Origin: an uncultured Lachnospiraceae bacterium
GTDB taxonomy: Bacteria; Bacillota; Clostridia; Lachnospirales; Lachnospiraceae
NCBI GenBank assembly: GCA_910586255.1
Contig: CAJUHR010000025.1
Location: 5,177-69,176 of the forward strand
DNA: 64,000 bases
Direction of reading: 5' to 3'
Made by a program: the position numbers and the translations under genes. Below the pieces are notes generated by a model that was given only the letters and a program-made list of their open reading frames with translations, did not search any database and was not told the DNA's origin. Below, one piece after another: positions 55,542 through 64,000 of this stretch (within the stretch, counting starts at the first letter, position 1; every line of letters begins with the position of its first letter).

Positions 55542-56493
55542 GGAGAGGCTAAAATCATTTTATGGAAGATTTGCGGTGCCGGTGGATGTGCTGATTAAGT
55601 TTCTTGTCAGTCTGACGGCGCTTGTTGTAATGAATGGAAACCTGGGATATCTGACACAGATGAAGAACCCTCTGATGATGACGGCCCTCTCTCTGGTATG
55701 CGGCTTTGTGCCCTACGGGGCGATCAGTTTTCTCTTGGGGGCAGTGTTTTTAGGCCACATTTATTCCGTGTCCATGGAGTTTGCGCTTCTGGCGGGGATA
55801 TTTCTGGTGCTGGTGGCCCTTTTATATTATGGGCTGCAGCCCCGGGACAGCTACTGGCTGATTTTGACGCCGCTGGCCTTTGCCTTTAAGATTCCCTTTG
55901 TCATTCCTCTGCTGGCGGGCTTGTCCGGCGGGCTGGCCGGGGTGATTCCGGTGGGCTGCGGGGTGGCCGTGTACTATATTATGATTTATGTGAAGCAGAA
56001 TGCCGGTATTCTCACCAATGACGCGGCGGTGGACATTACGGAGAAATATGTGCAGATGATCCGGGCCATGCTGTCCAACCAGACCATGATGGTGATGATT
56101 GCCGCCTGCGCAGCAGGGATTCTGGTGGTATATCTGATTCATCTTCTCTCTGTGGATTATTCCTGGATTCTGGCAATCGTGTTCGGCTCCGTAATCCAGA
56201 TGGGAGTGGTGTTTGCAGGGGATTATCTTTTTGATGTGCAGACGTCCTTGGAGGAGCTGATGTTGGGGATTCTTATATCCCTGATAGTGGCAGGCATTTA
56301 TCACTTTTTTGTGTTTGCGGTGGATTACAGCAGGACCGAGTATACGCAGTTTGAAGATGACGAGTATGTGTATTATGTAAAGGCAGTGCCAAAGGTTGTG
56401 GTATCCAGGCCGGACGTCCGCGTACAGCGGATTAACGACCCGAAGAAAACGACACGCAAAAACGGACGCAGGGAAAGAGAGGTCAGACCATGA
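55519..56493 (+). CDS. polytopic membrane protein of unknown function (about 8 TM segments)
   Basis: The ATG at 55519 follows CAAAGGAGGG and overlaps the upstream ORF by 23 nt. Its stop overlaps the cdaA ATG (ATGA). Confidence 0.55.
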   Translation: MIVLLEIKERLKSFYGRFAVPVDVLIKFLVSLTALVVMNGNLGYLTQMKNPLMMTALSLVCGFVPYGAISFLLGAVFLGHIYSVSMEFALLAGIFLVLVALLYYGLQPRDSYWLILTPLAFAFKIPFVIPLLAGLSGGLAGVIPVGCGVAVYYIMIYVKQNAGILTNDAAVDITEKYVQMIRAMLSNQTMMVMIAACAAGILVVYLIHLLSVDYSWILAIVFGSVIQMGVVFAGDYLFDVQTSLEELMLGILISLIVAGIYHFFVFAVDYSRTEYTQFEDDEYVYYVKAVPKVVVSRPDVRVQRINDPKKTTRKNGRREREVRP

Positions 56494-57377
56494 CCGATGT
56501 TTTTCAGGTGGAAAATATATGGCGCGGTATCCAGTCCTGGTTTTCTTTATTGCCGAGAATCACACTCACCAATATTTTTGAGATCATCATAATTGCTTTT
56601 CTTGTGTATGAGATTCTGTTCTGGATCATGAACACAAGAGCGTGGACTCTTCTGAGAGGACTTTTGGTGATTGGTCTTTTTGCCGTGATGGCAGCGATTT
56701 TTAAGCTGACTACGATTCTATGGCTGTTAGAAAAGACCACAACGATTGCAGTGACTGCCCTTGTGATCATATTTCAGCCGGAGCTTCGGAAGGCTTTGGA
56801 GCAGTTGGGAAGCCAGAACCTTTTTGCAGGGATCCTGGCCTTTGATGACGGGAAGGAGACGGCGTTTACGGAAAGGACGGCCAATGAGATCGTGAAGGCG
56901 GTCTTTGAGATGGCCAAGGTAAAGACAGGGGCTTTGATTGTTCTGGAAAGAAATGTGCCTTTAAAGGAGATAGAGCGCACTGGCATCGAGATCAACGGAC
57001 TTGTCACCAGCCAGCTGCTTATCAATATTTTTGAACATAATACGCCTCTTCACGATGGGGCCGTGGTGGTCCGGGGGAACCGGGTGGCAGCGGCTACCTG
57101 CTATCTGCCTCTGTCGGACAATATGATGATAAGCAAGGAACTGGGAACCCGGCATCGGGCGGCAGTGGGCATCAGCGAGGTGACGGACAGTTTGACCATC
57201 GTGGTGTCGGAGGAAACAGGACGGGTGTCTTTGGTGGAAGGCGGTATGCTGCGGCGTATCAGTGACGGGGAGAGCCTGCGCAAGGCCTTAGAGCAGATGG
57301 AGAAGCAGGAGGAGACAGGCAGCAACCGGTTTAAGCTTTGGAAGGGAATAAAGAAGAATGAAGGAAAGGCTGATTAG
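56490..57377 (+). CDS. cdaA: diadenylate cyclase CdaA (DisA_N domain, three N-terminal TM segments)
   Basis: 'GALIVLERN', 'HNTPLHDGAVVVRGNRVAAATCYLPLS' and 'LGTRHRAAVGISEVTDSLTIVVSEETG' are DAC-domain signatures. Confidence 0.93.
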   Translation: MTDVFQVENIWRGIQSWFSLLPRITLTNIFEIIIIAFLVYEILFWIMNTRAWTLLRGLLVIGLFAVMAAIFKLTTILWLLEKTTTIAVTALVIIFQPELRKALEQLGSQNLFAGILAFDDGKETAFTERTANEIVKAVFEMAKVKTGALIVLERNVPLKEIERTGIEINGLVTSQLLINIFEHNTPLHDGAVVVRGNRVAAATCYLPLSDNMMISKELGTRHRAAVGISEVTDSLTIVVSEETGRVSLVEGGMLRRISDGESLRKALEQMEKQEETGSNRFKLWKGIKKNEGKAD

Positions 57378-58758
57378 TAATCTGGGATTGAAGATTCTTT
57401 CTCTCTTTTTGGCATTTATCATCTGGCTGGTGGTTGTGAATGTGTCCAATCCTTTAGTCAACCGCCGCAGGGAGGTGACTCTGGATATTGAGAACAGCCA
57501 GGTGCTGACAGCGGCCAGAAGGGCTTATGAGATAAGCGGAAAAAACACGGTTACCGTAAGCTTTGACATTCATACGAGAGATGAATATAAGATTCAGCTG
57601 TCCGATTTCCGGGCTTATATTGACCTGTCAGAGCTCTATGACGTGACAGGTTCCGTGCCTGTGAAGGTGGAGGTGCTGAAAAATGATGACATATACAGTA
57701 ATGTAACTGCCAAGCCCGGAGTTGTGCGGGTGAGGACGGAGGAGCTGCAGACTAAGCCCTTTGAGATTCGGGCGGATCTTTTGGGAAAAGCGGCAGATGG
57801 GTATCATGTGGACCATGTGGAGCTGTCTCCGGATACGGTGACTGTGGAGGGCCCGGTCTCCGAGGTGGGGCATATCAGCTATGTGGGAGTGAAGATCCCA
57901 GAGGACGGCATGACCGGTGACATTACCGGCCACACGGTGCTGGTATTTTATGATGCCAATGGCAATGAGATGGAGGTGGACGACCGGGTTCACACTAATG
58001 TGGATGACACGGGAATCGACTATACGGTATTTATCAATAAGGCAAAGGCCCTTTCCCTGGAGTACGGCGTGACGGGAAGCGTGGCCAACGGATACCGCTT
58101 TATTGGGGCAGAGGCTCCTAAAGAGACGGTGATGGTGACAGGGGAGCGGTCGGTTCTGGCTCCTTTAAGCAAGCTGACCATACCGCCGGAGCTTCTGGAT
58201 TTAAGCGGAGCCACAGAGGACCGGATAGTGTCGGTGGATCTGCGGGAGCTTTTGCCTGCTGGCATAGAGCTTGCGGATTCGGAGACTCCTGTCATGGAGA
58301 TCCGGCTGAGGGTGGAGGCTTTAGTGACCAGAACCTTTGAGCTGACGGAGCGGGATATTTCCATGGAAGGTCAGAATGAGGATCGGAATTACCGCCTTGT
58401 GCCTTCCCGGGTGGAGGTGACAGTTCAGGGACTTGATTCGGATCTGGAGGGACTGACCGAGGAGGATTTAGGAGCAGTCATTAAGCTGGAGGGACTGGGT
58501 GCAGGAACCCATCCAGGGAATATGGAGTTTAAGGAAAGCGGTGTGTATACGATTGTTTCCAAACCGGAGTTCCAGATAGAGGTGACATTGCGCGGCGGCG
58601 TGGTGGAGCAGGGGACGGAAGCATTAGAGTCCCAGGAAACGGCAGGAGAGAGTACAGAAGGCCAGGAGGCGGCCCATGAGCCGGGACTGACGGAGCCGGC
58701 TTTTGAGGCGGGAGCCAAGCCGGGGACTGCGGTCGGGGGCGCATCGGAGGAGCCTTAA
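57358..58758 (+). CDS. cdaR: CdaA regulatory protein CdaR (YbbR-like repeats)
   Basis: An N-terminal TM segment ('LKILSLFLAFIIWLVVVN') is followed by repeated YbbR-type beta domains. It overlaps the cdaA 3' end by 20 nt. The C-terminal tail is acidic and low in complexity. Confidence 0.8.
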   Translation: MKERLISNLGLKILSLFLAFIIWLVVVNVSNPLVNRRREVTLDIENSQVLTAARRAYEISGKNTVTVSFDIHTRDEYKIQLSDFRAYIDLSELYDVTGSVPVKVEVLKNDDIYSNVTAKPGVVRVRTEELQTKPFEIRADLLGKAADGYHVDHVELSPDTVTVEGPVSEVGHISYVGVKIPEDGMTGDITGHTVLVFYDANGNEMEVDDRVHTNVDDTGIDYTVFINKAKALSLEYGVTGSVANGYRFIGAEAPKETVMVTGERSVLAPLSKLTIPPELLDLSGATEDRIVSVDLRELLPAGIELADSETPVMEIRLRVEALVTRTFELTERDISMEGQNEDRNYRLVPSRVEVTVQGLDSDLEGLTEEDLGAVIKLEGLGAGTHPGNMEFKESGVYTIVSKPEFQIEVTLRGGVVEQGTEALESQETAGESTEGQEAAHEPGLTEPAFEAGAKPGTAVGGASEEP

Positions 58759-58829
58759 AGGTTTGCAGAGAACTGCATGAAGATACAGTGGCTATAGGGT
58801 ATAGAGCAGACAAGGAAAAGAGGGATAGA

Positions 58830-59093
58830 GTGGTTAGCAAAAACGTGACGATAAAAAACGCTTCCGGCCTGCACCTGCGTCCGACCGGAATGTTGTGCAA
58901 CGAGGCAATGAAGTATCAGTGTTCTGTTAAATTTAAGTCCCGCAACAATATAACCAATGCCAAAAGCGTGCTGAGTGTGCTGGGGGCCTGTATCAAATGC
59001 GGAGATGAAATCGAATTTGTCTGTGAGGGAGAGGACGAAAAGGAGGCGTTGGCCGCTATGGTTATGCTGGTGGAGAGCGGTTTGGGTGAGTGA
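58830..59093 (+). CDS. ptsH: phosphocarrier protein HPr
   Basis: 'NASGLHLRPTG' carries the His15 site and 'NAKSVLSVLGA' the Ser46 region. I chose GTG 58830, behind AAGAGGGATAGA; the start is uncertain. Confidence 0.85.
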   Translation: MVSKNVTIKNASGLHLRPTGMLCNEAMKYQCSVKFKSRNNITNAKSVLSVLGACIKCGDEIEFVCEGEDEKEALAAMVMLVESGLGE

Positions 59094-59154
59094 AGACACT
59101 GCCGGCAGCCGGCGGGTGTTTCACATAAATAATTAATAAGGAGGAGTTTTAGGC

Positions 59155-60870
59155 ATGTATAAGGGAACAAATGCTTCTTCGGGCATCGGGATCGGAACAG
59201 CTGTGATTGTGGAGGAAACAGAGCTTGTTATCGAGAAGAAGGCCGTTGCGGATGCAGAGGCAGAGGTCCTGCGTTTTAAGGGGGCGCTGGACAAGACAAT
59301 GAAAGATACGGAGGCGCTGGCAGCGGATCTGGCTACCCGTGTAGGGGAGAAGGAAGCGGAGATCCTGCAGGGACACATGATGCTTTTGATGGATCCCATG
59401 CTGACGGGAGAGATTGAGAATACCATCAAGGGAGAGAACATCTGCAGTGAGTTTGCCATTGAGATGGTCTGCACTATGTATGCCAATGTGTTTGCAGGTA
59501 TGGATGATGAGCTGATGCAGCAGAGAGCCACCGATATGCGGGATATTAAGACCCGGATGCAGAGAGTGCTTTTGGGTGTGGAGTCGGTGGATATTGCTTC
59601 TCTGCCAGAGGGAAGTATTCTGGTGGCAAAGGATTTGACTCCCTCCATGACAGCAGGTATCAATCCGAAGAATGTGGCAGGTATTGTCACGGAGCTGGGA
59701 GGAAAGACATCCCACAGCGCGATTCTGGCCCGGGCTTTGGAAATCCCGGCGGTGGTTGCGGTAAATGATTTCTTAAGTCAGGTGAAAAACGGAGACAAGG
59801 TGGTTCTGGACGGGGATACCGGAGCAGTGTATGTGAATCCGGAGTCATCGGTGGAAGCGGAATATACGGCAAAGAGAGAGGCTTTTCTGGCAGAGAAGAA
59901 GGAGCTGGAGAAATATATCGGCAAGCCCACCATCACCAAGGACGGGGTGACAGTGGAGCTGGTGGCCAATATCGGAAAGCCCAAGGACGTGGAAAAGGTT
60001 ATTCAGTATGACGGGGAGGGAGTCGGCCTGTTTAGGACGGAATTTCTCTTTATGGACCGGGATTCCATGCCAACGGAGGAGGAGCAGTTTGAGGCCTACA
60101 AGAAGGTGGCGGAGGTCCTTGCCGGCAAGCCGGTGATCATCCGTACTCTGGATATCGGCGGAGACAAGGAGATTCCCTACATGGGTCTTGAGAAGGATGA
60201 GAATCCGTTTTTGGGATATCGGGCCATCCGTCTCTGTCTGGACAGGAAGGAGGATATTTATAAGCCGCAGCTTCGGGCGCTGCTGCGGGCCAGCGCTTAC
60301 GGAAATATCAAGATCATGATTCCTCTTGTCACCTGTATTGACGAGTACCGGGAGGCAAAGATGCTGATCGATGAGTTAAAGCTGGAATTGGACCGTCAGG
60401 ATATCGCTTACAATAAGGATATCCAGGTGGGAATCATGGTGGAGACGGCAGCAGCTTCCCTGATTGCGGATATCTTTGCAAAGGAAGTGGATTTCTTCAG
60501 CATCGGAACTAATGATCTGACCCAGTATACCATGTCGGTGGATCGGGGCAATGATAAGATTTCCTACCTTTATTCCACCTTTAATCCGGCAGTGCTGCGG
60601 AGCATCCGGCGGATCATCACCTGTGCCCGGGAGGCCGGGATCATGGTGGGCATGTGCGGTGAGGCGGCCAGCGATCCGATGATGATCCCTCTTCTTCTGG
60701 CATTCGGTCTTAATGAGTTCAGCATGAGCGCATCGGCGATTCTGTATTCCAGAAAGCTGATTACCAGTCTGAGCACTGAGGAGCTTCAGGCGGTGGCGGA
60801 CAAGGCCATGAGCTTTGCCACCACAAAGGAAGTTGAAGATTATATGCGCGGGTTTGTCGCAGGGCTGTGA
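59155..60870 (+). CDS. ptsI: PTS enzyme I (phosphoenolpyruvate-protein phosphotransferase)
   Basis: 'GGKTSHSAILARALEIPAVV' carries the active-site His. 'GLFRTEFLFM' and 'FFSIGTNDLTQY' are also present. Confidence 0.97.
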   Translation: MYKGTNASSGIGIGTAVIVEETELVIEKKAVADAEAEVLRFKGALDKTMKDTEALAADLATRVGEKEAEILQGHMMLLMDPMLTGEIENTIKGENICSEFAIEMVCTMYANVFAGMDDELMQQRATDMRDIKTRMQRVLLGVESVDIASLPEGSILVAKDLTPSMTAGINPKNVAGIVTELGGKTSHSAILARALEIPAVVAVNDFLSQVKNGDKVVLDGDTGAVYVNPESSVEAEYTAKREAFLAEKKELEKYIGKPTITKDGVTVELVANIGKPKDVEKVIQYDGEGVGLFRTEFLFMDRDSMPTEEEQFEAYKKVAEVLAGKPVIIRTLDIGGDKEIPYMGLEKDENPFLGYRAIRLCLDRKEDIYKPQLRALLRASAYGNIKIMIPLVTCIDEYREAKMLIDELKLELDRQDIAYNKDIQVGIMVETAAASLIADIFAKEVDFFSIGTNDLTQYTMSVDRGNDKISYLYSTFNPAVLRSIRRIITCAREAGIMVGMCGEAASDPMMIPLLLAFGLNEFSMSASAILYSRKLITSLSTEELQAVADKAMSFATTKEVEDYMRGFVAGL

Positions 60871-60891
60871 TAGACAGGGAAGGACAGATAT

Positions 60892-60923
60892 TGGCTGCCA
60901 CATGAGTGTGTGGCAGCCATTTC
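60892..60923 (+). terminator. terminator hairpin after ptsI
   Basis: TGGCTGCCACA-tgagtg-TGTGGCAGCCA is followed by a weak T tract (TTTCC). Confidence 0.6.
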
Positions 60924-60982
60924 CACAGTAGGACCGCCGGTGGGAATATGCGGGGGTTGCGGGACAAAGGACGCAGGATAGG

Positions 60983-62284
60983 ATGGTTCATGGTATGATC
61001 GTTTATCTGATTTGTTATACAAGCAGTTTTTTTCTGGCGCGGGGAGAGCATTATTTTCTGTCAGGAGCTCTTCTTCTGGCAGCGGCCTTGTGGCTGTATT
61101 TCCGGGATTACCGCCATTCAGGGAATCTGATTCATCTAAGGGGGATCTTTTCTCTGTTCTGGGTGGGAGGACAGGGACTGGCCTGCTTAAAGCTGAGCCG
61201 CCTGCAGGGAGACTGGCGGGCTATGACGTGGCTTTGCATGGCTTTGGCCTTTGCAGGCTTTTGGGCTGTGTTTGAAGTCTTAAGCAGGACCTACGGCACG
61301 GGATATGACAGCCATAGCCGATGGAGAAGATTTACGGGAGATCCAAAGCCGGTATACCATATGGTGTGCGGTGTGACTATTATTTCCCTGACGGCCTTTC
61401 TTGTGGAAGCGGTTGTGTTGGGATATGTGCCGCTCTTTTTGCGGGGGGTTCCCCATGCCTATTCGGAGTTTCATCTGACAGGCATTCATTATATAACGGT
61501 ATCCTGTGTTCTGGTGCCGTCTCTTGCGATTCTTCACGCTCATTTGGAGCGGGGAAGGGGCAGCGAGCAGAGAATGGTGACATCGATTGTTATGACGGGA
61601 ATCTCACTGCTTATTCCGATTCTGTGCGTGTCCCGGTTCCAGTTTGTATTTGCGGTGCTGCTGGCGGGATTTACCTATATATCTCTGCAAAAACAGTTTA
61701 ATCCGGCCTATGCGGCGGCGCCGGCGGTGATAATTCTTCCGGTATACCTGATTCTCACGGTGGCGAGAAGTCATGATGTGGAATATCTCAACGGAATTTT
61801 TGAGATGAAAAATGCTGCCATGCCGATTTTTATCACCCAGCCCTATATGTACATAGCCAATAACTATGACAATTTTAACTGTCTGGTGGAGGTGCTTCCG
61901 GAACATTCCTTCGGGCTTCGGGGACTGTTTCCTCTGTGGGCTCTGACGGGCCTGAAATTTGCCTTTCCCCAGCTGATTAATTATCCCATTTATGTGAATA
62001 AGAAGGAGCTGACCACGCTGACCTTATTTTATGATGCTTATTATGATTTCGGATGGGTGGGGGTTTTGATATTTTCTTGTCTTTTGGGGGTGGCGGCATA
62101 CCTTTTGACCATCAAGCTGCGGGAGATGCGCAATCCTATGGGATATCTTTTGTATGCCCAGCTGGGGGTGTATCTGATGTTGTCCTTTTTTACCACTTGG
62201 TTCAGCAATACGACTACCTGGTTTTATCTGATTCTGACAGGGATCCTGGCGCTGTATTATCATTGGAGGGAAAGGCGAAGGTGA
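60983..62284 (+). CDS. polytopic membrane protein, possibly an oligosaccharide-repeat-unit (Wzy-type) polymerase
   Basis: 433 aa with at least ten hydrophobic segments. 'ANNYDNFNCL' and 'YDAYYDFGWVG' are reminiscent of Wzy-like proteins. The call is weak and from memory. Confidence 0.35.
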   Translation: MVHGMIVYLICYTSSFFLARGEHYFLSGALLLAAALWLYFRDYRHSGNLIHLRGIFSLFWVGGQGLACLKLSRLQGDWRAMTWLCMALAFAGFWAVFEVLSRTYGTGYDSHSRWRRFTGDPKPVYHMVCGVTIISLTAFLVEAVVLGYVPLFLRGVPHAYSEFHLTGIHYITVSCVLVPSLAILHAHLERGRGSEQRMVTSIVMTGISLLIPILCVSRFQFVFAVLLAGFTYISLQKQFNPAYAAAPAVIILPVYLILTVARSHDVEYLNGIFEMKNAAMPIFITQPYMYIANNYDNFNCLVEVLPEHSFGLRGLFPLWALTGLKFAFPQLINYPIYVNKKELTTLTLFYDAYYDFGWVGVLIFSCLLGVAAYLLTIKLREMRNPMGYLLYAQLGVYLMLSFFTTWFSNTTTWFYLILTGILALYYHWRERRR

Positions 62285-62353
62285 AGGAAGAGGCGAGAGG
62301 AATCAGGGACGGAGAATGAGATGAAAGAGGGACTTTGATAGGAGGACAATGAC

Positions 62354-63556
62354 ATGATTTCAGAAAAAATGAGACCCTTGGTGGACAACAATTCGGTGAT
62401 CCGGGTAATGTTTGAGGAGGGGAAGCGGCTTGCTGCCATTTATGGGGCGGAGAATGTTTATGATTTCAGCCTGGGCAATCCCAACGTGCCGGCGCCTGAT
62501 GAGGTGAAGGAGGCGATTCTGGAGATTCTTGATGAGGAGGAGTCCACCTTTGTCCACGGATATATGAGCAATGCAGGGTATGAGGATGTGCGAAAGACCA
62601 TAGCCCAGTCTTTAAACGACCGGTTTCAGACCAATTTTGGCGGGGATAATATTCTCATGACCGTAGGCGCTGCCAGCGGCCTGAATGTTATTTTAAAGAC
62701 AATTTTAAATCCCGGGGAAGAGGTGATTGCCATTGCCCCTTACTTTGTGGAGTACGGCAATTACGTGGCCAATTATGACGGCAGGCTGGTGGTGGTTCCG
62801 CCTAACACGGTGGATTTTCAGCCGGATTTGGAAGGCCTGGAAAGCCGGATTACCGCAAAAACGAAAGCGGTGATCATTAACACCCCCAACAATCCCACGG
62901 GAGTGGTATACTCGGACGCCACTCTGCGGCGAATGGCGGAGATTCTAAAGAAAAAGGAGCAGGAGTTTGGCTCCATGATTGTTCTCATCTCGGATGAGCC
63001 ATACCGGGAGCTGGCATATGACGGGGTGGAGGTTCCCTATGTGACAAAATATTACCGGGACACGGTGGTGTGTTATTCCTACAGCAAATCTCTTTCTCTT
63101 CCAGGAGAACGGATCGGGTATCTGGTGATTCCGGATGAGCTTTCGGGCAGCAGGGAGATCTTTACGGCGGCTTCCATTGCCAACCGGGTGCTGGGAAGCG
63201 TCAATGCTCCGTCTCTGATGCAGAGGGTGGTGAAGCGGTGTATTGAGAAGGGGGCTACGGTAAATCTGGCGGCCTATGACCGGAACCGGAACCGTCTGTA
63301 TGATGGATTGAAGGAGTGTGGTTTCTCCTGTATTCGTCCGGAAGGGGCCTTCTATCTTTTTGTCAAGTCCCCGGTGGAGGATGAGAAGGAATTTTGCAGC
63401 AGGGCTTCCTCCCACAATCTTTTGCTGGTGCCCGGAAGCTCCTTTGCCTGTCCCGGGTATGTGAGGATTGCTTACTGCGTATCCTATGAGCAGATTGAGC
63501 GGTCTATGCCGGCCTTTCGGGCGCTGGCCCGGGAGTATGGGCTTGTGGGGGAGTGA
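62354..63556 (+). CDS. class I/II PLP-dependent aminotransferase (aspartate/alanine type)
   Basis: 'FSLGNPNVP', 'INTPNNPTG' and the PLP-lysine motif 'YSYSKSLSLPGERIGY'. Confidence 0.88.
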   Translation: MISEKMRPLVDNNSVIRVMFEEGKRLAAIYGAENVYDFSLGNPNVPAPDEVKEAILEILDEEESTFVHGYMSNAGYEDVRKTIAQSLNDRFQTNFGGDNILMTVGAASGLNVILKTILNPGEEVIAIAPYFVEYGNYVANYDGRLVVVPPNTVDFQPDLEGLESRITAKTKAVIINTPNNPTGVVYSDATLRRMAEILKKKEQEFGSMIVLISDEPYRELAYDGVEVPYVTKYYRDTVVCYSYSKSLSLPGERIGYLVIPDELSGSREIFTAASIANRVLGSVNAPSLMQRVVKRCIEKGATVNLAAYDRNRNRLYDGLKECGFSCIRPEGAFYLFVKSPVEDEKEFCSRASSHNLLLVPGSSFACPGYVRIAYCVSYEQIERSMPAFRALAREYGLVGE

Positions 63557-63726
63557 GGATGCCGGTCGGGGTGCAGGATGAAAGAAGAGTGAGGATGTAG
63601 GGTCAGGGTGCAGGATGGCAGGAGAGTGATAAGAGGCGGGCCGAGGGTGCAGAATGGCAGAAGAGTGGGGAGAGCCGGGCCGAGGGTGTGGGCCGGCAGA
63701 AAAGTGAGGGGACCCGAGGGTATCGG
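63551..63726. repeat. degenerate tandem repeat, about 36-41 bp in about 4.5 units
   Basis: Units begin with GAGTGAGG/GAGTGATA/GAGTGGGG at 63551, 63587, 63624 and 63663, with a partial unit at 63704. Each contains a (G)GGTGCAGGATG-like core. Confidence 0.8.
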
Positions 63727-63766
63727 TTGATAGGAAAAAGCTGAAAACGACAACGGAGGATGGAAC

Positions 63767-64000
63767 ATGAAAGCGTGGGAAAAAAATATCAGAAGGGTGG
63801 TTCCCTATGTGCCAGGGGACCAGCCTGCGGGCGACAGACTGATCAAGCTAAACACCAACGAGAACCCTTATCCCCCGGCGCCCGGAGTGAGGCGGGCCTT
63901 AGGGGAGATGGACTATGACCGGCTGAGAAAATATCCGGATCCAGCAGCATCGGTTCTGACCGAATGCCTTGCCGGGTACTATGGGGTGGATAAAAATCAG
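63767..64000 (+). CDS. hisC: histidinol-phosphate aminotransferase, N-terminal fragment (runs off the window)
   Basis: I translated this by hand: 'MKAWEKNIRRVVPYVPGDQP...IKLNTNENPYPPAPGV...LRKYPDP'. This is the HisC N-terminal signature. The ATG follows ACGGAGGATGGAAC. Confidence 0.8.
   Translation, partial: MKAWEKNIRRVVPYVPGDQPAGDRLIKLNTNENPYPPAPGVRRALGEMDYDRLRKYPDPAASVLTECLAGYYGVDKNQ

Noticed and set aside
63484-63768. A 94-aa minus-strand ORF, and the possibility of a CRISPR array, in the repeat region upstream of hisC.
   Set aside because: The ORF is just the periodic translation of the degenerate tandem repeat. The repeats are contiguous and degenerate, with no unique spacers and no cas genes, so this is not a CRISPR array.

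Overview
This 64-kb window comes from a motile Firmicute. The gene order and protein signatures look like Clostridia/Lachnospiraceae, which is an inference. About two thirds of the window is flagellar and chemotaxis DNA.

**Gene layout**
- 1-1613: purB (3' end) and purA.
- 1763-2668: a monocistronic FliD-like gene behind a sigma-28-type -10 box.
- 2669-3350: a 680-bp AT-rich leader.
- 3351-28771: a ~25-kb co-directional fla/che operon: flgB-fliE-fliF-fliG-fliH-fliI-fliJ-fliK-flgD-(small flagellar ORF)-flgE-flbD-motA-motB-fliM-cheY-flgC-fliY-fliO-fliP-fliQ-fliR-flhB-flhA-fliA-flgF-flgG-cheC-cheD-cheV.
- 28.8-33 kb: an accessory patch with a cell-wall-binding-repeat protein, an AT-rich Rpn/PD-(D/E)XK nuclease gene, and a minus-strand pair of an orphan ParA/Soj-type ATPase and a ComFB-domain protein carrying tandem repeats.
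- 33.2-40 kb: a very large fliD, fliS, a fliT-like gene, a second FliD-like paralog and an NTP_transf_5-like gene.
- 40-45.4 kb (minus strand): the late operon flgM-flgN-flgK-flgL-yviE-like-fliW-csrA.
- 45.9-53.2 kb: a plus-strand cluster behind another sigma-28-type box: a FliK-like protein, a free-standing FlhB C-terminal subdomain homolog, two paralogous cell-wall-binding proteins, an SLT lytic transglycosylase, a PilZ protein and a GT2-TPR glycosyltransferase.
- 53.4-64 kb: housekeeping genes: guaB, two unknown membrane proteins coupled to cdaA-cdaR, ptsH-ptsI, a polytopic membrane protein, an aminotransferase, and the hisC 5' end.

**Absent from the window**
- No tRNA, rRNA, CRISPR array or obvious transposase-bounded element.
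- No flagellin gene, no flhF/flhG, no fliL, and no cheA/cheW/cheB/cheR.

**Candidates for undescribed biology**
1. The ParA-like/ComFB-repeat module.
2. The FliK-like/FlhB-CC-like pair heading a putative sigma-28 accessory operon.
3. Two truncated FliD paralogs that share a private C-terminal motif.
4. Two membrane proteins translationally coupled to the c-di-AMP cyclase.
5. A family of GTAACAG/GTTACTG hairpin repeats in intergenic DNA.

Every call rests on my own reading of the translated ORFs and the DNA. No database search was run.
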